Shown here piece by piece: positions 50,437 through 61,462 of a stretch of DNA of 64,000 nt. A program made the position numbers and the translations under genes. Numbering within the stretch: the stretch's first letter is position 1; each line of letters opens with the position of its first letter. The DNA is taken from contig CBDDDZ010000005.1 of assembly GCA_965226795.1 (NCBI GenBank), forward strand, positions 800,001 through 864,000, given 5' to 3'. The DNA comes from Candidatus Latescibacterota bacterium (GTDB lineage: Bacteria; Latescibacterota; UBA2968; GCA-2709665). Below the pieces are notes generated by a model. It was not told where the DNA came from, did not search any database, and saw only the letters and a program-made list of their open reading frames with translations.

Positions 50437-51771
50437 ATGACGCTGGCACAGGTTAAAGAGTTCGTATCCAGGAACGGAATAGATTTCTTTCTGTGTTCGT
50501 TCGTAGAGATGAGCGGGATGCCAAAGGCCAAGGTGGTGCCCGTCACCCACCTCGACGACATGGCCTCGGAGGGCGCGGGATTCGCGGGGTTCGCGGCGGG
50601 CCATATGGGGCAGGGTCCGCACGATTCAGATATGATGAATATACCGGATTTCAATTCCATGACCGTTTTGCCGTGGCGTAAGAATACGGCGTGGGTGGCG
50701 GGCAATATCCAGGTCGACGGAGAGCCTTTCGGGTACTGTCCACGGACGATTCTGCAGCGGCAACTTGCAAAGGCGGAGGCGAAGGGATATCGGCTGAATC
50801 TGGGCGTGGAAGCGGAGTTCATTCTCCTGAAAAAGGACGAACAGAACAACTATGTTCTGGCTGACCCTCTGGACACGTTGGAGAAGCCCTGCTATGATCT
50901 TCTAACCTTGCATCGCAACCTGGATGTGATGACCACGCTGATCGGGTATTTGCAGGAGCTGGGATGGGAACCCTATGCCAACGACCACGAAGACGCAAAT
51001 TGCCAGTTCGAAATCAACTGGTCCTATTCCGACGCGCTGACGACCGCCGATCGGCAGACGTTTTTCAGATGGATGGTGAAAGTGAACGCGGAGGGGCACG
51101 GATACCACGCGACTTTTATGCCGAAGCCGTTTTCGCATCTCACTGGAAGCGGAGCGCATTATCACCTGAGCCTGTGGGATCCTGAGAACAGGACCAATCT
51201 GTTCCTGGATGAGGCGGATGAAAACGGGCTGTCGAAGGAAGCATACTGGTTTCTGGCGGGCATCCTCAACCACGCAAAAGGGATCTCGGCGGTTTCCGCA
51301 CCGCTGGTCAACAGCTATAAGCGTCTTACGAGAGGCGCTCCTCGTTCAGGCGCGTCCTGGGCGCCAATCTGCATCACCTATGGCGGATCAAACCGGACGC
51401 AGATGATTCGAATCCCGGACGCGGGCCGTATCGAGAATCGGGCCATCGACGGGGCGGCCAATCCCTATCTGACGGCTGCGGCGATGCTGGCGGCCGGGCT
51501 CGATGGCATCGAAAACCGGATGGAACCGGGCGAACGCAACGAGGGCAATCTCTACGAGGTGCCGGAGAGCGAGTTGAAAGCACGGGGCATCGACCTGCTG
51601 CCGGGAACCCTGGCGGAGGCGGCCGATCACCTGGCGGCCGACGATGTGGTCCGGGAAGCGCTGGGTACGGAGTATGCTGACTATTATGTGCAGGTGAAGC
51701 GCGAAGAGTGGGCGGAGTACCATCTGCACGTCGACCAGTGGGAGCGTGAACGCTATCTGCCGGTCTACTAA
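50437..51771 (+). CDS. gmaS: Gamma-glutamylmethylamide synthetase (GlnT-type GS)
   Basis: KAKVVP, GAGFAGFA, KPCYD, NDHEDANCQFEIN, ATFMPKPF, SGASWAP, NRTQMIRIP; methylamine context. Confidence 0.82.
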   Translation: MTLAQVKEFVSRNGIDFFLCSFVEMSGMPKAKVVPVTHLDDMASEGAGFAGFAAGHMGQGPHDSDMMNIPDFNSMTVLPWRKNTAWVAGNIQVDGEPFGYCPRTILQRQLAKAEAKGYRLNLGVEAEFILLKKDEQNNYVLADPLDTLEKPCYDLLTLHRNLDVMTTLIGYLQELGWEPYANDHEDANCQFEINWSYSDALTTADRQTFFRWMVKVNAEGHGYHATFMPKPFSHLTGSGAHYHLSLWDPENRTNLFLDEADENGLSKEAYWFLAGILNHAKGISAVSAPLVNSYKRLTRGAPRSGASWAPICITYGGSNRTQMIRIPDAGRIENRAIDGAANPYLTAAAMLAAGLDGIENRMEPGERNEGNLYEVPESELKARGIDLLPGTLAEAADHLAADDVVREALGTEYADYYVQVKREEWAEYHLHVDQWERERYLPVY

Positions 51772-51867
51772 TGCCAGGCGCGGGGTGTGTGCCGGCCTCG
51801 TTCCGGGCATGCGGCATTCGGCTCATCGTAAACTGTGCAGTGTTGGATAAAGTCGCGGGGTTCGTCT

Positions 51868-53211
51868 ATGGAGAATACAGCTGAGCGGCCGGTTCGAGAG
51901 GCGCCGCGGGGAGTGGGGGGATTGCTGCGGAATATCGGTCCCGGCGTGGTTGTGTCGGGTTCGGTGGTCGGGTCCGGAGAGTTGCTGGTGACCACGCGCA
52001 TGGGGGCGGAGGTGGGTTTCGTGTTCCTTTGGGGGGTGATCCTGGCATGCCTGGTCAAGTTCTTCATTCAACTGGAACTCGGGCGCCAGTGCATTCTGCA
52101 CAATAGCACGACAATACAGGTACTGGACCGCGTGCCCGGGGTACGGCTGGCGAATGCGTCCTGGGCGGCATGGTTATGCGTGCTGGGTTATTTCTCTGTG
52201 ATGATTGCCGTGATCGGCATACTTGGGTCCGTAGCCGGATTGATGGTAACCCTCTTTCCCGGCGTCCAGTATAACGTATGGGCCGTGCTGATTTTTGCGG
52301 CCATCTCGGTACTGCTTTACCGGGGCTTGTACGCCGATCTGGAGCGGATGATCACCATTCTGGTCGCGGGTTTCAGCCTTGTCGTAATCGGTTCCGTGCT
52401 GGCCATGCAGACAACGCCGTACGCCGTGGGGGGTGCGGAGGTTTTGTCGGGGTTTCGCTTTGCCTTGCCCGCGGACGGGGCGTACATCGCCCTGGCCGTA
52501 ATGGGGTCGGTTGGCGCGACTGCGGTGGAATTGTTTATGTATCCTTACTGGGTACGGGAGAAGGGCTATGCGGATTTTGTGGGGCCGCGGGAGGATACTC
52601 CCGAATGGCGGGCGCGTTATCGGGGCTGGATGCGGGTCCTGAAAACAGACGCGCTGGTGTGCACCGGGATCGCGTTGGTGATTACCTGCGCGTACTATCT
52701 GCTTGGGGCCTCGATTTTGAAGAAGCTGAACGTGATCCCCCAGGGCATGGAGGTCGTGGAGCAGGTATCGCTCATTTTTACCCAAAGCATCGGACCATGG
52801 ACCAAAAACGTGTTCATGTTCGGCGCCTTCTGTACGCTGTTTTCCACGCTGCTCGTATTCACGGCCAGTTCAGGGCGCATCAGCGTGGATTTTCTGAGGC
52901 AGACGGGCGTCGCCAGTCTGGTTAACGGGGAGGTCCGTCTTCGGCTGCTGCGTGCATTGCAGATCGCTTTCCCGTTTCTGTGGCTCTGTGTGACCGTTGC
53001 AACCCCCGATACGCCGCTCGCCCTGGTGCTTATCGGGGCCAATGCCAATAACCTGCTGCTGATTCCGATGGCCTACGGGGTGGTGCACCTGGCGATGCGC
53101 GCCGCGGACACGGAACGGATGTCGACGTGGACTGAATTGGGACTGCTGATCACGATTTGGGCGATCGTCAACTTCACAGCAATCAACCTTTATTTGAATT
53201 GGATGCGTTAA
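51868..53211 (+). CDS. NRAMP-like family transporter
   Basis: IGPGVVVSGSVVGSGEL, ELGR, YPYWVREKG; multiple TM helices. Confidence 0.78.
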   Translation: MENTAERPVREAPRGVGGLLRNIGPGVVVSGSVVGSGELLVTTRMGAEVGFVFLWGVILACLVKFFIQLELGRQCILHNSTTIQVLDRVPGVRLANASWAAWLCVLGYFSVMIAVIGILGSVAGLMVTLFPGVQYNVWAVLIFAAISVLLYRGLYADLERMITILVAGFSLVVIGSVLAMQTTPYAVGGAEVLSGFRFALPADGAYIALAVMGSVGATAVELFMYPYWVREKGYADFVGPREDTPEWRARYRGWMRVLKTDALVCTGIALVITCAYYLLGASILKKLNVIPQGMEVVEQVSLIFTQSIGPWTKNVFMFGAFCTLFSTLLVFTASSGRISVDFLRQTGVASLVNGEVRLRLLRALQIAFPFLWLCVTVATPDTPLALVLIGANANNLLLIPMAYGVVHLAMRAADTERMSTWTELGLLITIWAIVNFTAINLYLNWMR

Positions 53212-53236
53212 GGACCTGGAACGACCCGGGATCCTC

Positions 53237-53267
53237 AAGGGCGGCCGGTTGCAGCCGCCCTTTTTTT
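53237..53267 (+). terminator. Rho-independent terminator
   Basis: AAGGGCGGC-loop-GCCGCCC followed by T7, between convergent genes. Confidence 0.8.
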
Positions 53268-53316
53268 GTACCGGTCCCAGGGACTTCGGGCACGGGAAAC
53301 ACGGAGGCGGTCATTC

Positions 53317-55662
53317 CTAGGTCTCCACCCAGATGGGCGTGCTCCATCCTTTGGCGCCCATGGCATGCGCGACGTTGTTCGGGTATTGGGGGATGGGATC
53401 AGGTGACAGGACCTCGAGGTGGTAGTAGTGCTTTCCGGGGCGGTACCGTCGCAACTGGAATTCTTTTCGCTCTCCCCGGGTCTGGCCGATGAACCGGTCG
53501 TCGTGCATCAGACGCCCGTCCCTGTGGATGCGCAGGATGTATTCCCGGCCCGCTTCGCCCACAACGCGCCACTTCAGCACCGGGTCGTCCCGGACGACCC
53601 GCGAGCTGCCCATGATCTGATCGTTAAGTGTGAATTCGATCAGGATTTTCTGGCCCGCCGTTGCGTAGCAGCGTCTCGCTCTGATCGCGTTCAGGAAGGC
53701 GGCACGATCCAGGCGTTCGGCCCAGATTCCGGTGAGTGCGCCGCTCAAGCCGGGGTTGCGGTGATGGCTGTCCCCGCTACCGGTGAAGGCGAATTTATGT
53801 CCTGCGTTCAGGTATTTGAAGTAATTGTCGTAAAGGTCTATGTTGATCATCCAGGCGGCACACACGTCGACGCCCCACTCGACGTCCGTATCGTAGAGGT
53901 TCCATTTCCCGTTGTGGGGGTGGGGGAGCGGAAGGTAGCCTTTTTCTTTGAACCAGCCGAGACACTCCCTGGAGTTCTTGTGGGTATGCCGCTCACCCTT
54001 CGAGTGTTCCTCCTTGTACTTGAAGTGAAGCAGATCCATTTCCATTTCGTCTTCGTCCGACATGACCGATCGATGGTCCCGCCCGGAGTCCACCCGGTCG
54101 GTGATGGTCATTTCGTAGCCGGGAAACATGGCGAACCGTCCGGGTTCGTTGAGGACCATCGCGTTGCCTTTGACGTAGTCCCACTCGTAGTCCTTCAGGT
54201 GGCGCACGTTCTGGCGCGTCGGCAGGTTCCAGAAACAGTCGTTGTCTGAGACGGTGAGCCCGTCGATCTGCGCCTTGTGCCGGGCGTAGTGGCCCAACTC
54301 ATCCGGCTCGCCTTCCATTTCGATGGAGGCCGCCGAGTGGCAGTGCAGGTCCACCCAGAAGAGGTGGTATTTTCTGCTCTCCCCGCCGGGAAGCTCGTTC
54401 TGGGGGCGGTCCGTCTCTCGAGGTTTCTTGAACGGCAGCCGGACTTCCTTCCATTCGGTCAGGTCGATGCGGCGGTTTTCGGGGCACACAACGGGGAGGT
54501 CGGTGGAGAGGCGGACCTTTTTCAGGTACCGCTCATCGGTGATCATGTCCTGAGACAGGAGGTGGACCGTTGTCCCGACGGTGCCGTTGTGGGGAAGCTC
54601 ATAGAAGATGTTCCCTTCGGCCACAGTGCGGGGCTCCGACCAGACGCCGTCGGCGCAGGTATGGCCGAAGAGGCGGCCCCTGGAGGTGAGTGTGCCCTGC
54701 TCGCTGTCCGCCTTGGCCTCGTAGAAGAGCCAGACGCCACCGGCTTCTGCGCTTTTGAGGATGGGGAAGAGCCGTCTGCCCATGTGCCCCAGGTTGGACG
54801 GTTTCGGGAAGTCGGTCAACAGCCCGTAGTGGAGCGGCGCAATGTCGGCACCTCCGTCCCCGCCCGTCAGGGGTTCCCAGGACCGACCGTCCAGACGGGC
54901 GCCCCGCAGGGAGTACTTCTGCTGGAGGGTGCTGCTTCGGTACATCACGTCCACACCGCGCACCCACACCGCCCAGAGTGAACCGCCTGCGTCCCGGCAC
55001 AGGGTCGACCTGTTTTCCCACCCGTCGTCGCGGCTGATTCTGACCTCTTTCCGAGGCCCTGCCGGATCGACCGCACAGCCGTAGATGTCGTAGGTGCGGC
55101 CGATGTAGCTGTCCCAGATTATGTAGACGCCTTCCGACCCCCGTTCGACCATCCTTGGCCGGTAATTGTAGCGTGTCCGGTTTCCAATCGAATATGTTTC
55201 GGTCTCGCCATCGGGGAGGGTTCTGAGTATTTCGATGCGGCTGTCTCCCCTGACAGAGTGGGCCCAACAGATCCAGAGGGCGCCGCTTTCGTCGAGGAGG
55301 GCCTGCGGCTCCCAGACCTTCGCCGAGGCAGGCAGGATGTGGCGCTCCCGGCACCGGGTGAACGCGTTCCCGTCCTGTTTGCGGGTCCAAATCCCGTATT
55401 GGCGGCCGGTCTTTTCAAGCCAGACAAATACCACCTCACTCCCGTTCGGGATGCAGATGGGGCGCGTCTGCATGGTGTTGTTGGAGGATAGCGGTTCGAT
55501 GGGACCGGCGATTTCCCCGACGAATTTCCGGACAAACGTCCTGGATCCCTCGGCGCCGTAGGCTGCCCATGCGGTCCAGGACGTTTTGCCGTCCCGTAGA
55601 GTGCAGAGGTTGGGTTCGTAGCTGTCTCTTGAATAGACGCCTTCCGTGACGGCAAGGTTCAT
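53317..55662 (-). CDS. PHP-fold metallohydrolase (DUF3604/CehA-McbA-like) with N-terminal propeller repeats
   Basis: FWVDLHCHS, PGYE, PHPH, GSGDSH, ARRCYATAG, WSTPIWV. Confidence 0.7.
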   Translation of the reverse strand: MNLAVTEGVYSRDSYEPNLCTLRDGKTSWTAWAAYGAEGSRTFVRKFVGEIAGPIEPLSSNNTMQTRPICIPNGSEVVFVWLEKTGRQYGIWTRKQDGNAFTRCRERHILPASAKVWEPQALLDESGALWICWAHSVRGDSRIEILRTLPDGETETYSIGNRTRYNYRPRMVERGSEGVYIIWDSYIGRTYDIYGCAVDPAGPRKEVRISRDDGWENRSTLCRDAGGSLWAVWVRGVDVMYRSSTLQQKYSLRGARLDGRSWEPLTGGDGGADIAPLHYGLLTDFPKPSNLGHMGRRLFPILKSAEAGGVWLFYEAKADSEQGTLTSRGRLFGHTCADGVWSEPRTVAEGNIFYELPHNGTVGTTVHLLSQDMITDERYLKKVRLSTDLPVVCPENRRIDLTEWKEVRLPFKKPRETDRPQNELPGGESRKYHLFWVDLHCHSAASIEMEGEPDELGHYARHKAQIDGLTVSDNDCFWNLPTRQNVRHLKDYEWDYVKGNAMVLNEPGRFAMFPGYEMTITDRVDSGRDHRSVMSDEDEMEMDLLHFKYKEEHSKGERHTHKNSRECLGWFKEKGYLPLPHPHNGKWNLYDTDVEWGVDVCAAWMINIDLYDNYFKYLNAGHKFAFTGSGDSHHRNPGLSGALTGIWAERLDRAAFLNAIRARRCYATAGQKILIEFTLNDQIMGSSRVVRDDPVLKWRVVGEAGREYILRIHRDGRLMHDDRFIGQTRGERKEFQLRRYRPGKHYYHLEVLSPDPIPQYPNNVAHAMGAKGWSTPIWVET

Positions 55663-55796
55663 TGTGATGGCTCCCTGTCTGGTAGCGGTGCCGAGAGAGG
55701 CGCGAAGCAGTCCATGAGAGGTAACATGTCCGGGAGGGACCGGGGTCGGGATCTCCGGCGTGGATCATTCGCGGCCGGTATTTCTTGTTCGGGGTA

Positions 55797-57426
55797 CTAC
55801 CTTGATTTCCAGGGTTCTCCGCATGACGTCACTTCCTCATGGATCGTGGCGTCGGGTCCGAAGCGGATATGGCGGAAAGCGAAGGCGACGTGGTGCCTTC
55901 CGAATAGGGCGTGGGTAAGACCCCACTGGCCCATTGTGAGAATGACTGTTGCTGTCAGACCGATGAAGAGTGTGTACCCGATCCACGTGGCGTAGGTACC
56001 ATCGGACTGGATGAGCGGATGATGCGCGGCATCGGTCTCCACGATAAACGCCGCCAGGATCGTGCAGATAACCGCGTTGAGTGTAATCAGTCCCTCTGTG
56101 ACCAGTCGCTGCGGACTGAATTCTACAATCTTCAGGGCGAAGTTGAAATTGACGACCCACCACAGAAAGACCAGATAGAAAAGCTGGCCCTTGCCCAGCC
56201 ATGTATCGGGAATGAATGAAAGGGGCTGCGAGCGGTGTGTCTGCATCAGCCAGAAAACGGCGATGCCAATGGCTATGTAGATCAGTTCAAGCCATCCAAT
56301 CCAACCCCTGGACCGCACAAACCAGCCCGAAACCGGCAGACCGTAGGGTTTCTCAGGTAACGATTCCACTCGATCCACCCAGCTTGCGGAAGCTTTTCTG
56401 TGATTCAGATAGGTGAGTCCTACCAGAACGAATCCTGCCGCGAACATCCCGGTCCACTGGGGTGGAGAGATGGTATTCGAGCCGACCGGACAAATGGTCG
56501 ATAGAAGCCCCACGGAAATGGCGATCGCAATGCCGTGAAACAGGCCCTGGGTCTGTTCCATGATACTGTGCCAATTGGTATGCAATCCGGTGCGAATATT
56601 CAGCAATTTCAGGAACTGATCCAGGCTGAAGCCGATTCCTCCGATGAATCCTGTGACCAGCCCGGCAAGGGAAAGACCGTACAGGTCGTACCGCCAGCAG
56701 TAGATCAACAGGCCGGCGGTAAGGCCGACACAACCCGCCCAGTTGTCGCCCCTGGGCGGTGTCATCCGGAGCTTGAGGACGACGACAAGCACCAGAAAGG
56801 ATACGAACCATCCGACCGTAAGGTGAAGCACCAAGGAGGTGGCAACGTCAAAGCCTCCACGGAAGCAGGCGACAATAATCCCGGCGGCCATCGCCACCAG
56901 GCTCGCCAGCCAGTCGGTATCGTACCAGTAGAGAGCGGCTTTACCGGATTTTCTGGCGCCCGAATAAAGCATGTCTACCAGAACCGACTGCAGCGCCCAC
57001 CCCGAGAAGATCGCGGCCAACGGCGCAAAGAAAAGTGCAAGCCGGTCTCCGGTGAAAAATACCGGCAGTGCGGTTCCCGCGCCGCCCACAAAAGCCCACA
57101 GGAAGCCGATGACGAAAAGGTTGGCGAATCCGTAAAGCACAGAGGGCGGGTGGCCGGAGTGCGTGTAGCCTACAACGCCCATGTATGACATGCTTCCGCC
57201 GAAGGACCATCCGAGCGCGCCGAACATGGCGAAGTAGTGGACGTGCTGCATCCAGTCGGAACGGCCGGAGACCAAAACGGCCGCAATAGCCGCCAGTGCC
57301 GCCCGGTATGGCCGCGCCGTATTCGTGGCCGAAATTGCCCCGGATGCCCCATCCCACCGATAGGGAAAGGCCGCAGAAGGCCACGTGTTGCCATGTGATG
57401 CCCGCTGTTGCCAGGTGCAGGTCCAT
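55797..57426 (-). pseudogene. Multi-TM membrane protein with a +1 frameshift near 57300 (or sequencing error)
   Basis: N-terminal frame LSLSVGWGIRGNFGHEYGAAIPG continues as ALAAIAAVLVSGRSDW only if one G is removed. Confidence 0.7.
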
Positions 57427-57438
57427 ATCAGGCTGTCC

Positions 57439-59532
57439 TCAGCCGAGGTCGATAACGAGGTTTCCGTAGTTGTCTACATTCACCGTACACCCGGGGGGAA
57501 TGAGCGTTGTGGAGTCGATTTCCTCGACAATGGCGGGGCCCGGGAAGCGGTTGTTCGCCTTAAGGCGATACCGGTCATAAATCGCGGTTGTTGTCCGCCC
57601 GGCGGATCCGGGCATGTGTACATCGCGTTCAGCCTTCAGGGCGGCGTGCGCGGATGGTTTGCCCCTGGGAAGCTGCCGCCGGCTGGGGCGGGGAACGGCT
57701 CCCACGGCGGAGAGACGTACATTGACGATTTCCGTGGTTTCATCCCGGGTTGCGAAACCGTACTGGCGTCGGTGCGCGGTGAAAAAAGCGGCGTTCAGTT
57801 TCCGGGGAAGATTCTCCGACAACCGGCCGACGGGTACCCGAAGTTCGTAGGATTGGCCCGTATACCGCATATCCGCCTCCCGGATGAACCGGATATTGGA
57901 TTGGGAGACACCCTCGCTCAAAAGCAGGCGGGTCCCATTTTCTTCGAACTCACGGTAGATGCTCGAAAGGCCGGAAAGGTCCAGTTCGTCCGTCTTTGAA
58001 ATGTAGGTACGAACGTAGTCGTGACGCAGGTCGGTAACCAGCAGACCGAGCGCCGTGGTAACGCCCGGGCTGGGCGGTACAAGGACGGTGCGGATATGCA
58101 GCGCCTTTGCAAGCGCGGCGGCGTGGAGGGGGCCGGCGCCGCCGAAAGCGACCAGTACGAACGCGCGGGGGTCCACGCCTTTCTGGACCGAAACGAGTTG
58201 AAGGATGCCCGTCATGTTGGCGTTGGCGATTTCAATCAGGCCGGCGGCGGCTTCTTCGACTGGCATATTCAGCGGCCCGGCGATGCGCCGGTCGATCGCT
58301 TTTTTTGCGAGAGACTTGTGAAGGCGGAGTTCTCCGCCGAGGAAATAATCAGGATTGAGGCGGTCGAGAACTAGGTTTGCGTCCGTGAGCGTCGGTTCCG
58401 ACCCCCCTCCGCCGTAACAGGCGGGTCCCGGCGCCGCACCCGCGGATTGCGGGCCGACGGCAAGCGCCCCGCCGGGATCTACTTGGCCGATGCTTCCGCC
58501 GCCGGATCCGATTTCGACCAGATCGATGACCGGCGTTTTAACCGGATATCCCTGGCCCTTGTCCCGGGTGGTGGTTGCAACCGCCGCGTCGCCAACTTCG
58601 AATTCGGCGGCCAGGCGCGGCCGGCCGTTTTCAATGAGGGCTGCCTTCGCGGTCGTGCCGCCGATGTCCAGCGAAATAAGGTTTTCGAAACCGGCGAGTT
58701 GGCCGATGTACGTAGCGGCGATGACGCCCGCCGCCGGGCCGGATTCGATGAGTTGTACGGGCTGTTGTCTGGCGGTGCCGGAGGCGATGATCCCACCGCC
58801 CGAGGTCATCAGGAACAGGCCGGAGCCCGGGCTCACGTTCCCGAGCCGATCCTCCAGCCGTTCCACGTAGGCGCCCACAGCGGGAAGCAGGGCGGCGTTG
58901 ACGGCGGTCGTGCTGGCGCGGGTATATTCGCGGTACTCGGGACAGATGTCGGAGGAGATGCAGACGGGCAGATCGGGACAGGCTTCCCGGATGATCTCAG
59001 CGGCGCGGCGTTCGTGGGTCGTGTCTCTGTAGGCGTGCAGGAAGCAGACGAGAATCGCTTCCACGCGGTCTCTTGCCAATTTACGGGCGGCGCGGTAAAC
59101 GGCGCCTTCGTCCAACGGGACAAGCAGCCCGCCGTGGGCGTCGATGCGTTCGGGTACGCCAATGCAGAGGTGCCGCGGCACGAGCGGAGGGGGTTTGTCG
59201 TAATCGAGGTCGTAAAGGTTCGGACGGATCTGCCAGGCGATCTCAAAGAGATCGCTGAAACCCTGTGAGGCGATGAGACCTATCCGGGCGCCTTTCTGTT
59301 GAATGATCGTATTGGTTGCCACGGTGGTGCCGTGAACCACGAAACGCACCTGTGCGGACGTGAGATCCTGGTTGGCGAGGCCCCTGGTATACGCCTCCAT
59401 GAAAGCCCGTGAAGGATCGTCCGGGGTGGAGGAAACCTTAACGGGATGGAAGTCGCCGGTTTTTTCGTCCATCACCACGGCATCGGTGAACGTGCCGCCG
59501 ATGTCGATTCCGATGCGGTATGAATCATTCAT
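57439..59532 (-). CDS. Hydantoinase/oxoprolinase subunit A (second copy)
   Basis: DIGGTFTD, HGTTVATN, ESGPAAG, GPQSAGAAPGPACY. Confidence 0.92.
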   Translation of the reverse strand: MNDSYRIGIDIGGTFTDAVVMDEKTGDFHPVKVSSTPDDPSRAFMEAYTRGLANQDLTSAQVRFVVHGTTVATNTIIQQKGARIGLIASQGFSDLFEIAWQIRPNLYDLDYDKPPPLVPRHLCIGVPERIDAHGGLLVPLDEGAVYRAARKLARDRVEAILVCFLHAYRDTTHERRAAEIIREACPDLPVCISSDICPEYREYTRASTTAVNAALLPAVGAYVERLEDRLGNVSPGSGLFLMTSGGGIIASGTARQQPVQLIESGPAAGVIAATYIGQLAGFENLISLDIGGTTAKAALIENGRPRLAAEFEVGDAAVATTTRDKGQGYPVKTPVIDLVEIGSGGGSIGQVDPGGALAVGPQSAGAAPGPACYGGGGSEPTLTDANLVLDRLNPDYFLGGELRLHKSLAKKAIDRRIAGPLNMPVEEAAAGLIEIANANMTGILQLVSVQKGVDPRAFVLVAFGGAGPLHAAALAKALHIRTVLVPPSPGVTTALGLLVTDLRHDYVRTYISKTDELDLSGLSSIYREFEENGTRLLLSEGVSQSNIRFIREADMRYTGQSYELRVPVGRLSENLPRKLNAAFFTAHRRQYGFATRDETTEIVNVRLSAVGAVPRPSRRQLPRGKPSAHAALKAERDVHMPGSAGRTTTAIYDRYRLKANNRFPGPAIVEEIDSTTLIPPGCTVNVDNYGNLVIDLG

Positions 59533-61283
59533 CCAGTCGCACTCCGTTCAAGGCGCTGACGCAGAACCTTCGTCGCCTCGGGATCGACGGTCCAGGTCCT
59601 GGCATTGTAGACGACACCGTAGGTTTTGCGGGCGGCTCGAGGCGTTATTTTCTTGTCCCGGACGTCCCGGACGACGGCATCCGGGTCGCGTTCGTGTGGG
59701 TGGCCGTGGCCCCCGCCGCCCGGCGTCTGCACGCTCACGCGGCCGCCCTTGGGCACTATGATGCTCACTTTTGAGGGCAGTCTCTCGGCCTTGCCTTCCG
59801 GATCTCGGATGAACCGTGCGGGCCGGCCGTTGCCACCGCCCTCGAGCCCCCATGGAGGAAACCGCGTGCCATCCGAGAGGACGGTGAATGTGGTATCGCA
59901 GTCGGGAAATTCGAAATCCCTTCTGATGCCAAGGCCGCCGCGAAACCGGCCTGAGCCGCCGCTGTTCGTGATGAGGCCGTAGCGGGCAAAGCGGATGGGA
60001 TAATTGATTTCCACCTCTTCGATCGGCGCGTTTTCGGTGTTGTGGATGGTCGTCTGGATGGCGTCGGGGCCGTCTTTGGCGGGGCGGGCGCCGTTGCCGC
60101 CGCCAACGGTCTCCATGTAGCAGTAAAACGCTTTTTTTCTCGGGTCGATGCCGGCAAAACCCAGGTTGCAGATAATGCCTTTGCCGCAGGCGGGAATCCT
60201 GTCCGGCAACACGTTGTGCAGAGCGGTGAGGGTAAGTTCCGCCGTGAGTTGCGCCAATTCCCACGCGCCTACAACGGCTGCGGGCCACATTGCGGTGAGC
60301 ACGGTATTGTCCGGTCCGATGACTTCCAGGCATCGATAGAGGCCGTCGTTGACCAGGATGCGCGGATCGATCAGGCTCTTGATGACCACCGCAATGGCGG
60401 CCAGGGCATTGGAGCGGGTGGCGTTCAGCGGGCCGGTCTGCTGCGGCGCGGAGCCCGTGACGTCCAGTTTGGCGCTTCCATCGGCGATATGGACGGCAAC
60501 GGCGATTTTGACCGGTTTGTCGTCGAATCCGTTGTTGTCGCGAAAACCTTCGGCCTTATACACACCGGTCGGCAATGCGGCGATCTCGCGCCGCGCCCAT
60601 CGCTCCGTATAGTCGAGCAGTTCGTCGAAGAAGGCTTCGACCTGGCCGATCTCGTAACGATCGATCAGGTCGGCGATGCGTCTTGCCCCAACAAGGTTCG
60701 CTCCCATCTGCGCGCGCAGATCGCCGCCGGTCTCGTGGGGCGCGCGCACGTTTTCCAGTATCAGACCCAGGACGTTGTTGTCGATTTCCCCCCGCCGCAT
60801 GATTTTCGTGGGAGGTATGATGATGCCTTCCTGGTAGATTTCGCGGTTTACTCCCAGGCTGCACGGCGTGCTGCCCCCCACGTCGACGTGGTGAGCCATG
60901 TTGGCGAGGTACCCGAGACGGGTCGTTCCGGCATAGACCGGCGCGATCAGCGCGATATCGTTGAGGTGGCTGCTTCCGCGATGGGGATCGTTCAGGATGA
61001 GGCCATCGCCGGGCGCGAGATTCTCTGCGCCGTATTCCCGGAGGGCATTCGGGATTGCGGTCTTCATGGATGAGAGGTGCGGCGGCTGGGAGAAGGATTG
61101 CGCCACCACCCGGAATGCCGCGTCGAAGAAGGCGCAGGAAAAATCAGCCCGTGTTTTGATATTGGTGGAGTACGCGGTGCGGCGTATGGTATACGCCATC
61201 TCTTCGGTGGCGTTGAGCAGCGCGTTCTTCATCACTTCAAAGGTGATGGGGTCCATGCTGAGGTGGGACGATTGATCGGGCAT
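59529..61283 (-). CDS. Hydantoinase B/oxoprolinase subunit (second copy)
   Basis: MDPITFEV, RTAYSTNIK, NDPHRGSSHLND, HHVDVGG, YQEG, TPGGGGHG. Confidence 0.92.
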   Translation of the reverse strand: MPDQSSHLSMDPITFEVMKNALLNATEEMAYTIRRTAYSTNIKTRADFSCAFFDAAFRVVAQSFSQPPHLSSMKTAIPNALREYGAENLAPGDGLILNDPHRGSSHLNDIALIAPVYAGTTRLGYLANMAHHVDVGGSTPCSLGVNREIYQEGIIIPPTKIMRRGEIDNNVLGLILENVRAPHETGGDLRAQMGANLVGARRIADLIDRYEIGQVEAFFDELLDYTERWARREIAALPTGVYKAEGFRDNNGFDDKPVKIAVAVHIADGSAKLDVTGSAPQQTGPLNATRSNALAAIAVVIKSLIDPRILVNDGLYRCLEVIGPDNTVLTAMWPAAVVGAWELAQLTAELTLTALHNVLPDRIPACGKGIICNLGFAGIDPRKKAFYCYMETVGGGNGARPAKDGPDAIQTTIHNTENAPIEEVEINYPIRFARYGLITNSGGSGRFRGGLGIRRDFEFPDCDTTFTVLSDGTRFPPWGLEGGGNGRPARFIRDPEGKAERLPSKVSIIVPKGGRVSVQTPGGGGHGHPHERDPDAVVRDVRDKKITPRAARKTYGVVYNARTWTVDPEATKVLRQRLERSATG

Positions 61284-61462
61284 TCGCTATCTCCCTGTCA
61301 CCCTTCCCCGAGAGGGAATTGAGAGGTACCTATTGAGGAGTGTTATCCGGTACGATACGCCGGTGAATCTGGAGATCCATCCTCAAGTTCGAACCGTAAG
61401 ACTTCGTCTTCTACATGATCAGGCTTCTTGCCCGCTTCCTGCCCTCCGCCACCGGCAGAGGG

